A DNA stretch of 64,000 nt, taken from positions 192,001 through 256,000 of IMG/VR virus record IMGVR_UViG_3300048854_000081, one strand, 5' to 3'. Under the pieces are notes generated by a model. That model was not told the DNA's origin. It did not search any database and saw only the letters and a program-made list of their open reading frames with translations. The position numbers and the translations under genes are program-made. The DNA is from a virus (Duplodnaviria; Caudoviricetes). Numbering within the stretch: position 1 is the stretch's first letter; every line of letters begins with the position of its first letter. Positions 27,940 to 36,930 of the stretch are shown in pieces.

Positions 27940-28547
27940 TGTTTCCATACGAAATTCATCTTACATTAGAAGATGTCACCAATATAGATGCACTGAGTGA
28001 CTATTGTAAGAAGATAGGTAATGTAAAGCCAGTCATCCTTGATCTATACACAAACAAGAACACATATCATCAAGTAACAACCTCGACCACCTTGCATGAT
28101 TTAGATAATGCTAATCTGGCAATGGATCATGCCATTCATCTTGTTCAGAATTTTTCCATTGCTGGCTACAAGGTTTCCCGCGTCAAGCTTGAGACCGTGC
28201 CGTGGAATCCGATGACTCGCGGTGACACTACTACACAGAAGAATACATACTTCGAAACCCACTACACCTTTGAAGTCGATGAGAAGCGTGAGGTTGAACT
28301 CCGTAAGACATGTGGACAAGGCAAGCTGAAGCTTAGTAGGAATTGCCTTAAGGTAGATAAGGAAGGCACCAAGAAGTACATGGGCACGCTACGCACCTAC
28401 AACAATCCGCTCACCATCCATGAAGAAGAGCTTCATGATGCAGAACGTTGGATGGCAGACAACGATTTCAATTTTCTTAAGAAGATTACTGAGTACGCTT
28501 GGTATGACTCAAACGTAAGACTCGATAAAGAATGGCTTGAAGCATAA
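27939..28547 (+). CDS. Hypothetical protein
   Basis: YEIHLT, RVKLE, YFETH, YDSN..LD.EW. Confidence 0.7.
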   Translation: MFPYEIHLTLEDVTNIDALSDYCKKIGNVKPVILDLYTNKNTYHQVTTSTTLHDLDNANLAMDHAIHLVQNFSIAGYKVSRVKLETVPWNPMTRGDTTTQKNTYFETHYTFEVDEKREVELRKTCGQGKLKLSRNCLKVDKEGTKKYMGTLRTYNNPLTIHEEELHDAERWMADNDFNFLKKITEYAWYDSNVRLDKEWLEA

Positions 28548-28572
28548 ATATTCTTATTAAGATGAGAATATA

Positions 28573-28935
28573 ATGTTTACACTGATCGAAAGCCTTAATA
28601 CATCTGTTGCGGAAGCCTTGGAACGTAGAGCGCCTATTATGAAGGCATCTGTCAGCGATCCAAGTCAGCCGTCTGCATATGCTAAGGCTATCGACGTTCA
28701 GCATCTTCCACAGAAAGACACGGCTTTCATCGCCAAGCGTTTGATAACCCAGCTTCTTTCTCAGTTTAAATCAAAGTTTGATTTTCAATTTGAAAGCAAA
28801 GAAGATGGTATTTTCAATAATTTGTTAATCAAAGCAACTACGCAGTCTGCAAAGCCTAAGCTTATCCAAATTGAAATCTCTCAGCTAACAACTGACGACA
28901 TAGAATCCATCAAGAAAGCATTCTATTCCTACTAA
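28573..28935 (+). CDS. Late hypothetical protein
   Basis: ATAAATA promoter and hairpin upstream. Confidence 0.6.
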   Translation: MFTLIESLNTSVAEALERRAPIMKASVSDPSQPSAYAKAIDVQHLPQKDTAFIAKRLITQLLSQFKSKFDFQFESKEDGIFNNLLIKATTQSAKPKLIQIEISQLTTDDIESIKKAFYSY

Positions 28936-28986
28936 TTGACAACTAGTTCAAATCAATTTATACTATTCCCTTCACAAGGATTAGCC

Positions 28987-29235
28987 ATGACACCTGAAGA
29001 ATTTCCACAGATTTCAATCAACAACCGTAAAGCCTTAGAAAAGCTTGGCCCAATGGGTACTTGCTCATGCTATTACTGTCTCCGCCATTCCTTTATTGGG
29101 GAAATCACCCAGTGGGTAGGTGATATGGCTCTATGTCCAGCCTGCAACATTGATGCTGTTCTTCCCGGTGAAGTAGATCGTGAGATTCTTACGAAAGGTC
29201 GCCAGCGTTGGTTCGGTGACGGTAGCCATGGCTAA
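28987..29235 (+). CDS. Small zinc-finger protein
   Basis: CSCYYC...ALCPACNIDAV. Confidence 0.75.
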   Translation: MTPEEFPQISINNRKALEKLGPMGTCSCYYCLRHSFIGEITQWVGDMALCPACNIDAVLPGEVDREILTKGRQRWFGDGSHG

Positions 29236-29653
29236 GGAAGCAGATAAGCCAACCAAGAAATGGCTTAAGATGGGTGAAGTTTATAAATTCTTTGCTAAAG
29301 ATTTTGATCAGGCTGATTTCTCTGACAGAGCAAAGTTGGATATGTTCAAAGCCGAATCATATGGTGGAGAGTTCAATTTCGAATACAGAGAGTTTCGTAA
29401 TGGTAAACTCAACGGATATGCTGTAGGTAAACACCTTATGGATATTCAGTTAGCCATGTGGAACGAGGACTTGACGCAATTCGGTCAACTGACCAGACGT
29501 GAGTTAATGCTTGATAAAGCACTTGAACCTATCCGAGAATTTCTGTTAGAATGGTTTGGATGGACTCAAGATGACATTGATCACTTGACAAATTTTAAAT
29601 CAGTAGGTATGGTCAACATACCGGAAAGTGTATTTCAAAAAATTAAAATCTGA
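29228..29653 (+). CDS. Hypothetical protein
   Basis: Coupled ORF. Confidence 0.6.
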   Translation: MAKEADKPTKKWLKMGEVYKFFAKDFDQADFSDRAKLDMFKAESYGGEFNFEYREFRNGKLNGYAVGKHLMDIQLAMWNEDLTQFGQLTRRELMLDKALEPIREFLLEWFGWTQDDIDHLTNFKSVGMVNIPESVFQKIKI

Positions 29654-29669
29654 TATAAATAGTCCAAAT

Positions 29670-29744
29670 GCTGGTATCATATAACGGTAGTATGATTCTT
29701 TTGTAAGGAATTCGTGACAGTTCGATTCTAGTCTATCAGCACCA
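29670..29744 (+). tRNA. tRNA-Thr(TGT)
   Basis: attct-ttTGTaa-ggaat; TATAAATA at 29654. Confidence 0.8.
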
Positions 29745-29749
29745 TATTC

Positions 29750-29826
29750 GCCGCCTTAGCTCAGCCCGGTAGAGCAACCGCCTTGTAAGCGGTAGGTCAT
29801 CTGTTCGAATCAGATAGGCGGCACCA
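29750..29826 (+). tRNA. tRNA-Thr(TGT)
   Basis: accgc-ctTGTaa-gcggt, ACCA. Confidence 0.92.
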
Positions 29827-29836
29827 TTTGTAAATT

Positions 29837-30322
29837 ATGAATACTTGTTTAAATTGTAAAATAGAAATACCAAAATCACAAAAATATTGTGGTAGATCAT
29901 GTGCTGTTACATGTAATAATGCTAAACGAAAGCTTGTTAAAAATGAAGTTTGTAAAGCATGTGGTACAACGGTACATAATCAAACATACTGTAGTAAAGA
30001 TTGCTATAATAAGTTTAAGAAAAATAAAAAATATAATGACTGGCTATACCACGGTGGAATGGTAGGTGTTAGAGTATTAAGATTATATCTTATTATTTTG
30101 TTATCTCATAGGTGTACGAAATGTACGCACTCTGAATGGAATGGTCAGCCTATTCCACTTGAAGTAGAACATATTGATGGTAATAGCGAAAATAATTTGA
30201 TTTCTAATTTAACTCTATTATGTCCTAATTGTCATGCTCAGACATCTACATACAAAAATAAAAATAAAGGTAATGGACGCCACGCACGTAGGCAACGCTA
30301 CCAAGAAGGTAAAAGTTATTAG
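29837..30322 (+). mobile_element. HNH endonuclease with zinc fingers
   Basis: LEVEHIDGN..NN..SNLTLLCPNCHAQT. Confidence 0.9.
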
Positions 30323-30396
30323 CCCGTGTATTTCAATTGGAAGAATAGCTGTTTCGTAATCAGCAGGCGGGGGTTCGAATCCCTCCATGGGCACCA
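30322..30396 (+). tRNA. tRNA-Thr(CGT)
   Basis: Loop ttCGTaa, ACCA; first G is the last base of the HNH stop codon. Confidence 0.85.
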
Positions 30397-30454
30397 AGCT
30401 TGATTTAAATCTCGATCCACTTCATAATGCCTCGTCTATAACGAGGCATTTTTT

Positions 30455-30703
30455 ATGGGTTATCATATAGCTAAAATTAAAAAGGGAACCATCGGTGAAG
30501 TTTCTAAGATTCAAGAAGAACTTGATGAGCTAAAGGATGCTCTCCAACAAGATGCCGATATTATGGCTTTGGTTGAGCTATCGGATTTGTATGGCGCTAT
30601 TCAAGCATTTTTGGAACACAACTATCCTGATATGACTATGATTGATCTTAGAATTATGTCTGACATCACTCGTTCTGCCTTTAAAAGTGGTGATAGAAAA
30701 TGA
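30455..30703 (+). CDS. MazG-like helical protein
   Basis: KIQEELDEL...ELSDLYG. Confidence 0.6.
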   Translation: MGYHIAKIKKGTIGEVSKIQEELDELKDALQQDADIMALVELSDLYGAIQAFLEHNYPDMTMIDLRIMSDITRSAFKSGDRK

Positions 30704-31386
30704 ACCTAAGTGAAGTCACGATTAATTATTTTCTCCTTAGCCAAGCCATTTCTTATTATACTGAATTAGGTTATGAATATGTTGAAGTGCCTTGGAACGT
30801 TTCCAAAGTGGCATCCAATTTGACCTGTCAGAATGATAGCTATATTTTCTGTCTCGACGATGGATCGACCATGGTAGGTTCGGCAGAACAATCATTCATT
30901 GAATTGCTCCGTCATACGGATCGAATCACGCACCTTAAGAAATACATGACTGTCACTCCTTGCTTCCGTAGAGAACAAGACGACGAAACTCATTGTGAGC
31001 AATTCATTAAATTAGAATTGTTTATCAGTGCAGGTACGACATTTGCAGCCAATGTTGATCAAGCCAATGATTACTTCTCTAAAATAGACTATGATGCTAA
31101 TCTTATGGGTGATGCTTATGAATGTTATAAATTCTTGGGATTAGAATCTGAAAACATTTTTACATCAACTATAGAAATGAATGATCCAAATCAACCAGTC
31201 GATCCACAGAAGGTTCTCACCCTTGAAAGTAGTGATATCCTTTACAAGCGTTCAGGGGATGATTATTTAGAATTAGGATCGTATGGCTACCGTAGATTTA
31301 TCATTCCTAAAATGGATGGTAATATCTATCACGAATATCAGTATGGTACAGGCATCGCCTTACCACGCTTTCAGTTGGTTTACTGA
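30700..31386 (+). CDS. Class II aminoacyl-tRNA synthetase-like catalytic core
   Basis: GSAEQ, TPCFRRE (motif 2), ELGSYG, GTGIALPR (motif 3). Confidence 0.75.
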   Translation: MNLSEVTINYFLLSQAISYYTELGYEYVEVPWNVSKVASNLTCQNDSYIFCLDDGSTMVGSAEQSFIELLRHTDRITHLKKYMTVTPCFRREQDDETHCEQFIKLELFISAGTTFAANVDQANDYFSKIDYDANLMGDAYECYKFLGLESENIFTSTIEMNDPNQPVDPQKVLTLESSDILYKRSGDDYLELGSYGYRRFIIPKMDGNIYHEYQYGTGIALPRFQLVY

Positions 31387-31415
31387 CCAATTGTTATAAA
31401 AAAGTAAAACCAGAC

Positions 31416-31444
31416 TTGACATAGTAAACTGTCCAGTCTATAAT
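31416..31444 (+). promoter_or_regulatory. Consensus sigma70 promoter
   Basis: TTGACA-17-TATAAT. Confidence 0.85.
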
Positions 31445-31471
31445 ATCCGAATAACTTAACTAGGAGATACA

Positions 31472-32179
31472 ATGAATAAGTTTGCAATCGTAATGGGCAT
31501 CGCCCTCGCTCTATCCACCTCAGCCGCTATGGCAGAAGATTTCACCCAGCCAACCATCAGTGGTCAGGCCGGTGTTGATTCACGCTATGACTATCGTGGT
31601 CAGAAGTATTCCGATGATGCTTCCCTAGGTCTTGGCCTAAAGGTTAGCGACATTGGTATCAAGGGTATCTATGCTGCTGGTACTTTCAACAAGGTTGGTA
31701 ACACCTTCCCAACCAATGCTCAGACCCAGCTTCGCTCAGACGTTTCGGTAGGTTATGCCTTCGCCGCTACCGATAAGCTTGGCTTTGATGTCAGTGCTGC
31801 TCACGTTTATAATGCACCAGAATATCTAACCGTTCGCAACGGTAAGCTACGTGGTGGTGAGTACTCGGAAATCCGCGTCAAGGCTTCCTATGACGTTCTC
31901 TTCGCCGAAGTCGGTCAGGGCTGGGGTCCACTTCAGAATACCTACGCCAAGGTCGGTGTTGCCCTTCCTGTAACCTCTGCCCTAACTGTTGGTGCTGCCG
32001 TCAGCGGTATTCATTACAAGACCGGTGCTGAAAATCGTTACAACAACAGCGAAGTCTTTGCTTCGTATGATGTGACCAAGCAGTTGAAGGTTTATGGTAA
32101 GTATTCGTTCGGTGGTAAGGTTGCGGATAACACGGCTCTTGTCAACTACGGAACTGTTGGCGTAAGCTACGGCTTCTAA
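31472..32179 (+). CDS. Outer-membrane beta-barrel (TorF-like porin)
   Basis: Signal peptide AMA-E, SRYDYRG, alternating beta strands, C-terminal VSYGF. Confidence 0.8.
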   Translation: MNKFAIVMGIALALSTSAAMAEDFTQPTISGQAGVDSRYDYRGQKYSDDASLGLGLKVSDIGIKGIYAAGTFNKVGNTFPTNAQTQLRSDVSVGYAFAATDKLGFDVSAAHVYNAPEYLTVRNGKLRGGEYSEIRVKASYDVLFAEVGQGWGPLQNTYAKVGVALPVTSALTVGAAVSGIHYKTGAENRYNNSEVFASYDVTKQLKVYGKYSFGGKVADNTALVNYGTVGVSYGF

Positions 32180-32206
32180 TCTGAACCAAAACTGAGTTAC
32201 AAATGA

Positions 32207-32252
32207 AAAGTCCTCAAGGATGGTTGACATTCTTGAGGACTTTTTGTATTAT
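32207..32252 (+). terminator. Terminator overlapping sigma70 promoter
   Basis: aaaagtcctcaagga/ttcttgaggactttt with TTGACA-17-TATTAT (32224-32252). Confidence 0.75.
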
Positions 32253-32271
32253 ATGTTAACAGGAGAAACAC

Positions 32272-32619
32272 ATGAACAAGTTTCTAAAATTTCTAGCAGC
32301 AACTTCCCTTGCTATGGTTGCCACGGCTTCTATGGCTGGTCACGTCAGTGTTGGCGTCAACGTAGGTGGAGTTGGTGTACATTACAGTGAAGGACACCAT
32401 GGTGGTTATCGTGGTGGATATTATCCTCACTATGATCGTGGTACCCGAGTTTATATTGCACCTGTGGTAGCACCAGCAACCGTCGTCTATTATGATCGTT
32501 TCCGTCCTGAAGGTTATTATCAAGACGGCTACTATCGTGATGATAGAGGGGTTGAATATGTTCCAACCTATTGCTATGATAGCTGGGGTCGTCAATATTT
32601 CTGCGGCTACCGCCCTTAA
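32272..32619 (+). CDS. Secreted Gly/Tyr-rich protein
   Basis: Signal peptide, low-complexity mature part. Confidence 0.7.
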   Translation: MNKFLKFLAATSLAMVATASMAGHVSVGVNVGGVGVHYSEGHHGGYRGGYYPHYDRGTRVYIAPVVAPATVVYYDRFRPEGYYQDGYYRDDRGVEYVPTYCYDSWGRQYFCGYRP

Positions 32620-32645
32620 TAAATAACTCATCTAAGAGAAATGTC

Positions 32646-32701
32646 ATGATCTTCTACAAACTGGAAAAGACCAACCGATTATAGGTTTCTATAATCGGAG
32701 G
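32646..32701 (+). promoter_or_regulatory. uORF MIFYKLEKTNRL plus 10-bp hairpin sequestering SD of next gene
   Basis: ccgattatag-gttt-ctataatcgg overlapping GGAGG. Confidence 0.6.
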
Positions 32702-32706
32702 TCAAA

Positions 32707-33459
32707 ATGAAGAAGCTACACAACGTTCCACAGTTTTCCCACATCTACACCGTTCATGACAAGAATGACAACATCATCCATGGTGGATTCGCTTCCATTG
32801 ATGATGTCGCTGTCTTCCTTGTGGACTATCTGAAGAAGTATCCTCTTAGCTATGACGATATTCTTCAGGGCACTAAGAAGCACGATCCTGTCGTTCGTAA
32901 GTACCAGATTGCACGTAAGGTCTCTTTCGAACACAAAGATCGCGCCGGTCTGTATCGCTGGCATGCTTATGGTCCACACTACACCTATGAATACGGTTAT
33001 GAGTACTTTAAGGGTGTTCATATCACCGATAGTCTTGGTGATGTTGTCAAGAACCTCAGTGCGGTCAAGGCCAAGATTTCCAAGCTGAAGTATCGTTATG
33101 CTCGTTATTCCGATGATTGGTCTAACAAGATTGACGCTATTGAAGCCCGTCTTGTTCCTGATCGTGGTAACACTAGCCGTATCAAGCCTGTTCATCAGCA
33201 CCGCCACTGCTACAGTTATCGTGGTGATGAGTATGACAGTTACGCTAGTTATAACAGTCGTCCTATCAAGACTTACCAGATTCACAAAGAGCTTGCTGCT
33301 GTCTGTGAAGATGAACCCAAGTTCCGTGGCAAGCGCCACAATGTTCCTAACACTTGGGATGATCGTGGTAACTGTCTGTGGGATACTCGCAAAAGCTGGA
33401 AACATAACTCTAAGCGTCGCAAACAGTGGAAGGAAAAACCTTCCACTGTTTCTTTATAA
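32707..33459 (+). CDS. Basic hypothetical protein
   Basis: C-terminal RGKR..VPNTWDD...SWK..KRRKQW. Confidence 0.75.
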   Translation: MKKLHNVPQFSHIYTVHDKNDNIIHGGFASIDDVAVFLVDYLKKYPLSYDDILQGTKKHDPVVRKYQIARKVSFEHKDRAGLYRWHAYGPHYTYEYGYEYFKGVHITDSLGDVVKNLSAVKAKISKLKYRYARYSDDWSNKIDAIEARLVPDRGNTSRIKPVHQHRHCYSYRGDEYDSYASYNSRPIKTYQIHKELAAVCEDEPKFRGKRHNVPNTWDDRGNCLWDTRKSWKHNSKRRKQWKEKPSTVSL

Positions 33460-33469
33460 AGGTATTAAT

Positions 33470-33703
33470 ATGAAAGAATATAATGTAAAAGAAATGGTTC
33501 GTGATGGTAAGCTTGTCAACTTTGTGAAGTACCGCAAGGGTGAATTGATTTATATTACAGATTGTGGTTTTGAATTCCCTGTCCCTATTGAGGATGCTGG
33601 TGATGGTATTTTCCTTGCTCAAGATAGAGCTATGTTCTTCATGCGCTATATTCGTCAGCATGTGGCTAGCATCAAGGAAGAATTAGCTGCATCTGGTGCT
33701 TGA
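33470..33703 (+). CDS. Hypothetical phage protein
   Basis: FEFPVPIEDAGDGIF...MRYIR. Confidence 0.75.
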   Translation: MKEYNVKEMVRDGKLVNFVKYRKGELIYITDCGFEFPVPIEDAGDGIFLAQDRAMFFMRYIRQHVASIKEELAASGA

Positions 33704-33744
33704 CTCAATTAAAATTTAATTGTAACATCACTAAATAGTTTTAT

Positions 33745-33838
33745 GGAAGATGTTGTTGCTTTGGAGTGACCCTACACTGGAAATGTAGTGATTCGGGCTT
33801 GTACCCCGGATGAGGTTCGATCCCTCCTTCTTCCTCCA
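33745..33838 (+). tRNA. tRNA-Ser(GGA)
   Basis: ctaca-ctGGAaa-tgtag, long variable arm, atypical D arm. Confidence 0.78.
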
Positions 33839-33843
33839 GATTT

Positions 33844-33934
33844 GGAAGGTCTACCGTATTGGCGAACGGCACACTTTGCTAAAGTGTTTGATCCCGAAAG
33901 GGGTTTGTGGGTTCGACTCCCTCATCTTCCGCCA
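33844..33934 (+). tRNA. tRNA-Ser(GCT)
   Basis: acact-ttGCTaa-agtgt, long variable arm, GCCA. Confidence 0.85.
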
Positions 33935-33941
33935 GTTGTAT

Positions 33942-34019
33942 GGACATGTAGCATAGTTGGCCTAATGCGTTCGCCTCATAAGTGAAAGATCGTTGGTTCG
34001 AATCCAACCATGTCTACCA
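33942..34019 (+). tRNA. tRNA(CAT), Met or Ile2
   Basis: ttcgc-ctCATaa-gtgaa, ACCA. Confidence 0.88.
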
Positions 34020-34053
34020 ATTTAATAAATAATCTTCATAACTGATATAGAAC

Positions 34054-34869
34054 ATGAAGATTAATTCCCTCCTAGAATCATTACTTGCTGAACGCGCTCA
34101 ATTCACCCCTCAGGTGGTTGCGTATCACGCCACATCGAAGTCCAACCTACGCTCTATCCTCAAGAGTGGCCTGATCCCAAATCATTCTAAGAATGGCTAC
34201 GGATCGGATGAGAAGGATTTGGATTTTGGTTTCTCTCTTACTTCCTTAGAAGGCGTCTACTTAACGACTCGTTGGGGTAACGTAGAAGCTATTGCCAAGG
34301 GCATTCCCGCCCCTGTAATCATCATATGTAAAGTCCAGAACCGTTCTGCTACCTTGGATGAGGATCGTCTTGTCGGTGGTGTGATTGGTAGTGGTGACAT
34401 TGCCCGTGATATTCGTATGTATGTTCATGCAAATCCTAACATGACGCCTGAACAAGAAGATGATTACATTAATAAACTTACACAGGAAGAAAGTTCCAGA
34501 ATTATTAAGAGCTTAACTGGTAAGGTTAGTGACGAAGTTCTAAAACGTGTCCAACCTGATATCCTTAAGTTTGTAAACACACTAGCACATATTTCATTTA
34601 AGCGTTTCCCAACTCAGGAAGCTATGGATGCTGCCATACGTGATCAGCAGACGGTCATGACTAAAAAGCTTAAAAATCTACTACACACGGATAACCCAAG
34701 AGAACAGCATTCATCTTTCAAAATTGACCAGACGATTGGCTTCTCTGGTGCTAACAAGATCGTAGGTATCTATGATTTTATGGCCGGGGTGGGTTGGGGC
34801 GATTTGGCTCACTGGGAACGTGATGCCTATCATAAGGTTAAGACACCTTCTGAATTGTTAGGTAGATAA
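34054..34869 (+). CDS. Putative packaged ADP-ribosyltransferase/Tpt1-like protein
   Basis: AYHAT...SILKSGLIP, GVYLT; MKINSLLE leader; late promoter. Confidence 0.65.
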   Translation: MKINSLLESLLAERAQFTPQVVAYHATSKSNLRSILKSGLIPNHSKNGYGSDEKDLDFGFSLTSLEGVYLTTRWGNVEAIAKGIPAPVIIICKVQNRSATLDEDRLVGGVIGSGDIARDIRMYVHANPNMTPEQEDDYINKLTQEESSRIIKSLTGKVSDEVLKRVQPDILKFVNTLAHISFKRFPTQEAMDAAIRDQQTVMTKKLKNLLHTDNPREQHSSFKIDQTIGFSGANKIVGIYDFMAGVGWGDLAHWERDAYHKVKTPSELLGR

Positions 34870-34932
34870 GTCTTACTTTACTTTTAATTAGAATCTTGAT
34901 AAACTCTTCTCCATAAATTGCGAGAAGAGTAA

Positions 34933-35163
34933 ATGAATATTGATGAATTCGATGAAGCATCAAGCCGAGGATACGATGAGTGCTATGCCTCCTATAGAGA
35001 AGCTAAGTCGAGCACTTTATGTAGCAAAATGGCCTACCAACTCCGCAGAATCGTTAATCGATTTGAAGATGAGTTAGACGAAAATAAACTTCAAGTTCTG
35101 GATGATTTAATAGCATTTACTCTTCATTTGAAAAATAAAATCGGAGAAGTAAATGTCAGATAA
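34933..35163 (+). CDS. Hypothetical protein
   Basis: ORF with hairpin over its SD. Confidence 0.55.
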   Translation: MNIDEFDEASSRGYDECYASYREAKSSTLCSKMAYQLRRIVNRFEDELDENKLQVLDDLIAFTLHLKNKIGEVNVR

Positions 35164-36064
35164 TTTATACAGCGATCAAGTTAAGGTTGATGGTAAGCAC
35201 GGCGGTTCGAAGTACGATGGTAATAAAGCTCAGTATAGCCTAATTCCACCTGACGCACTCAAGGCTGTTGCCGAAGTGATGACCGAAGGTGCTAAGAAGT
35301 ATTCAGCTAACAATTGGGTAGGCTTAGAACTATCCCGCGTCCTTGATGCCCTTGAGCGTCATATCAATGCCTTCAAGTCTGGTGAAGACTATGCTACCGA
35401 TTCTGGTCAGCATCACATGGCTCATGCTATTGCTAACACAATGATGGCCTACCATATTGCTGTGAATAAGCCGGGTCAGGATGATCGTCTATTTTCTTAC
35501 ATCATTCCAGAAGAGGTTATTGCTGATGAGATTGACGAAAGTGCTGAAGGTCCATGTGACTGCATTGTATGCGACCCTACCAATAAAGCTTATACTGATA
35601 AGACCGATGGCGTAATCGAAGAAGAATTTACACGCGCTGATGGAACCAAATCAAAAATTTTTAAAATCGATCTTGGTGACAAATCTTCTGACAAGTATCG
35701 TGCGTTCGTTGAAGATGCAAGACAGCGTTTTGAAGCTGAAAAGGTTAAGCGTGCAGTAGTCCGAGCAGAGAGTGAAGCACGTGCGGCTTTGACAGCGAAG
35801 TTGGACGCACAAAAGGTTTCAGCAGAACTAAACACAGACTTTGCGCCTGTCAAGTCATATTATTCCGAAGACTATTTTATTCCACAACTAACTCAAAGTG
35901 AAGCGGTTAATAAGGCTAAGGAAGATTCGGGTGAAGACTTGGTAACCAAGTATGCTAAGAAGTATCCACAGAAGGTTACTCCACACGATAGAAATCTAGA
36001 TAGAAAGACTTTCTTAGAATTATTATGGAAGAATTACATGCCACCGGGAAATCACTGGTCGTGA
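35153..36064 (+). CDS. dATP/dGTP diphosphohydrolase domain (DUF5664-like) with C-terminal extension
   Basis: KYDGNK..YSLIP, GAKKY..NNW, SGQHHMAHA. Confidence 0.85.
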   Translation: MSDNLYSDQVKVDGKHGGSKYDGNKAQYSLIPPDALKAVAEVMTEGAKKYSANNWVGLELSRVLDALERHINAFKSGEDYATDSGQHHMAHAIANTMMAYHIAVNKPGQDDRLFSYIIPEEVIADEIDESAEGPCDCIVCDPTNKAYTDKTDGVIEEEFTRADGTKSKIFKIDLGDKSSDKYRAFVEDARQRFEAEKVKRAVVRAESEARAALTAKLDAQKVSAELNTDFAPVKSYYSEDYFIPQLTQSEAVNKAKEDSGEDLVTKYAKKYPQKVTPHDRNLDRKTFLELLWKNYMPPGNHWS

Positions 36065-36900
36065 CGCCAGTAAAATGGATAATTGACGACACGATGGATG
36101 GAGAGTTCAAGAAAATTGAACTCTCCAAGGTCATTGAATCATTAGGCCATGAAGTAACTGTTCTAGATCATATCCCTTTCTGTAGAAAAGAAGACATTAA
36201 TTTCCCATACGATATGGATGATTGTGTTATTCCGTATACCGCAATTAGTGTAGGTAAACATCTGAAAGGATATTTTGGTTCCTTCTTTAACGAAGAGGAA
36301 TTAAAATTCCATAATTACCATAGTAAATTGCAGCTACCTAACGATCTATGGGTGAATGGAGATTTTGTCATCACCACGTTTGCTGACTTCGAATATGATT
36401 TTCAGAAATATGTAAGTCTATTCCAAACCGACAAACTGTTCATCCGTCCTAATTCTGGTAGCAAACTGTTTACAGGACTTCCTATCTATGGTAAGAGCGA
36501 TTTAGATTATCAAATCAATGCTCTTCGTCAGTTGTCGGGAGCCATGGATAATAGTTTAATTATGGTTTCCAAGGCCAAACAAATCCGTGAGGAATATCGA
36601 TTTATCCTTACTGGACGTGAAGTAGTAGATGGTTCCCAATATTCTCTTATGGGAGACCATATAGAAAGACACTTCTACACGAGTGAAGCTTTGGCTCTCG
36701 CAAAGAAGGTAGCAGGAACAGGTAAAACACCTACTGAGGTCTGTACCTGTGATATTGCCAAGATGGCAGATGGTTCAGTTAAGATTGTGGAAATCAATTC
36801 GTTCAATTGTGCTGGCTGGTATTTGTGCGATCCAGAGTTGGTAGTTAAAAAGGTTAGTGAATATACAAGAAGTCTGTACGACGAACTGTACAGCATTTAA
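36025..36900 (+). CDS. ATP-grasp protein (DUF4343-like), second paralog
   Basis: LFIRPNSGSKLFTG, EYRF, CDIA, IVEINSFNCAGWY. Confidence 0.85.
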   Translation: MEELHATGKSLVVTPVKWIIDDTMDGEFKKIELSKVIESLGHEVTVLDHIPFCRKEDINFPYDMDDCVIPYTAISVGKHLKGYFGSFFNEEELKFHNYHSKLQLPNDLWVNGDFVITTFADFEYDFQKYVSLFQTDKLFIRPNSGSKLFTGLPIYGKSDLDYQINALRQLSGAMDNSLIMVSKAKQIREEYRFILTGREVVDGSQYSLMGDHIERHFYTSEALALAKKVAGTGKTPTEVCTCDIAKMADGSVKIVEINSFNCAGWYLCDPELVVKKVSEYTRSLYDELYSI

Positions 36901-36930
36901 GGAATAATATTATGTGAGGACTATAAGTCT

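Noticed and set aside
32716-33469. 229-aa antisense ORF and extended 33098 start
   Set aside because: They overlap the 32707 gene, which has a strong SD; the real downstream start is 33470.
35153-35500. Z-genome (2-aminoadenine) pathway
   Set aside because: No purZ or related base-modification genes in this window; the diphosphohydrolase alone is insufficient.
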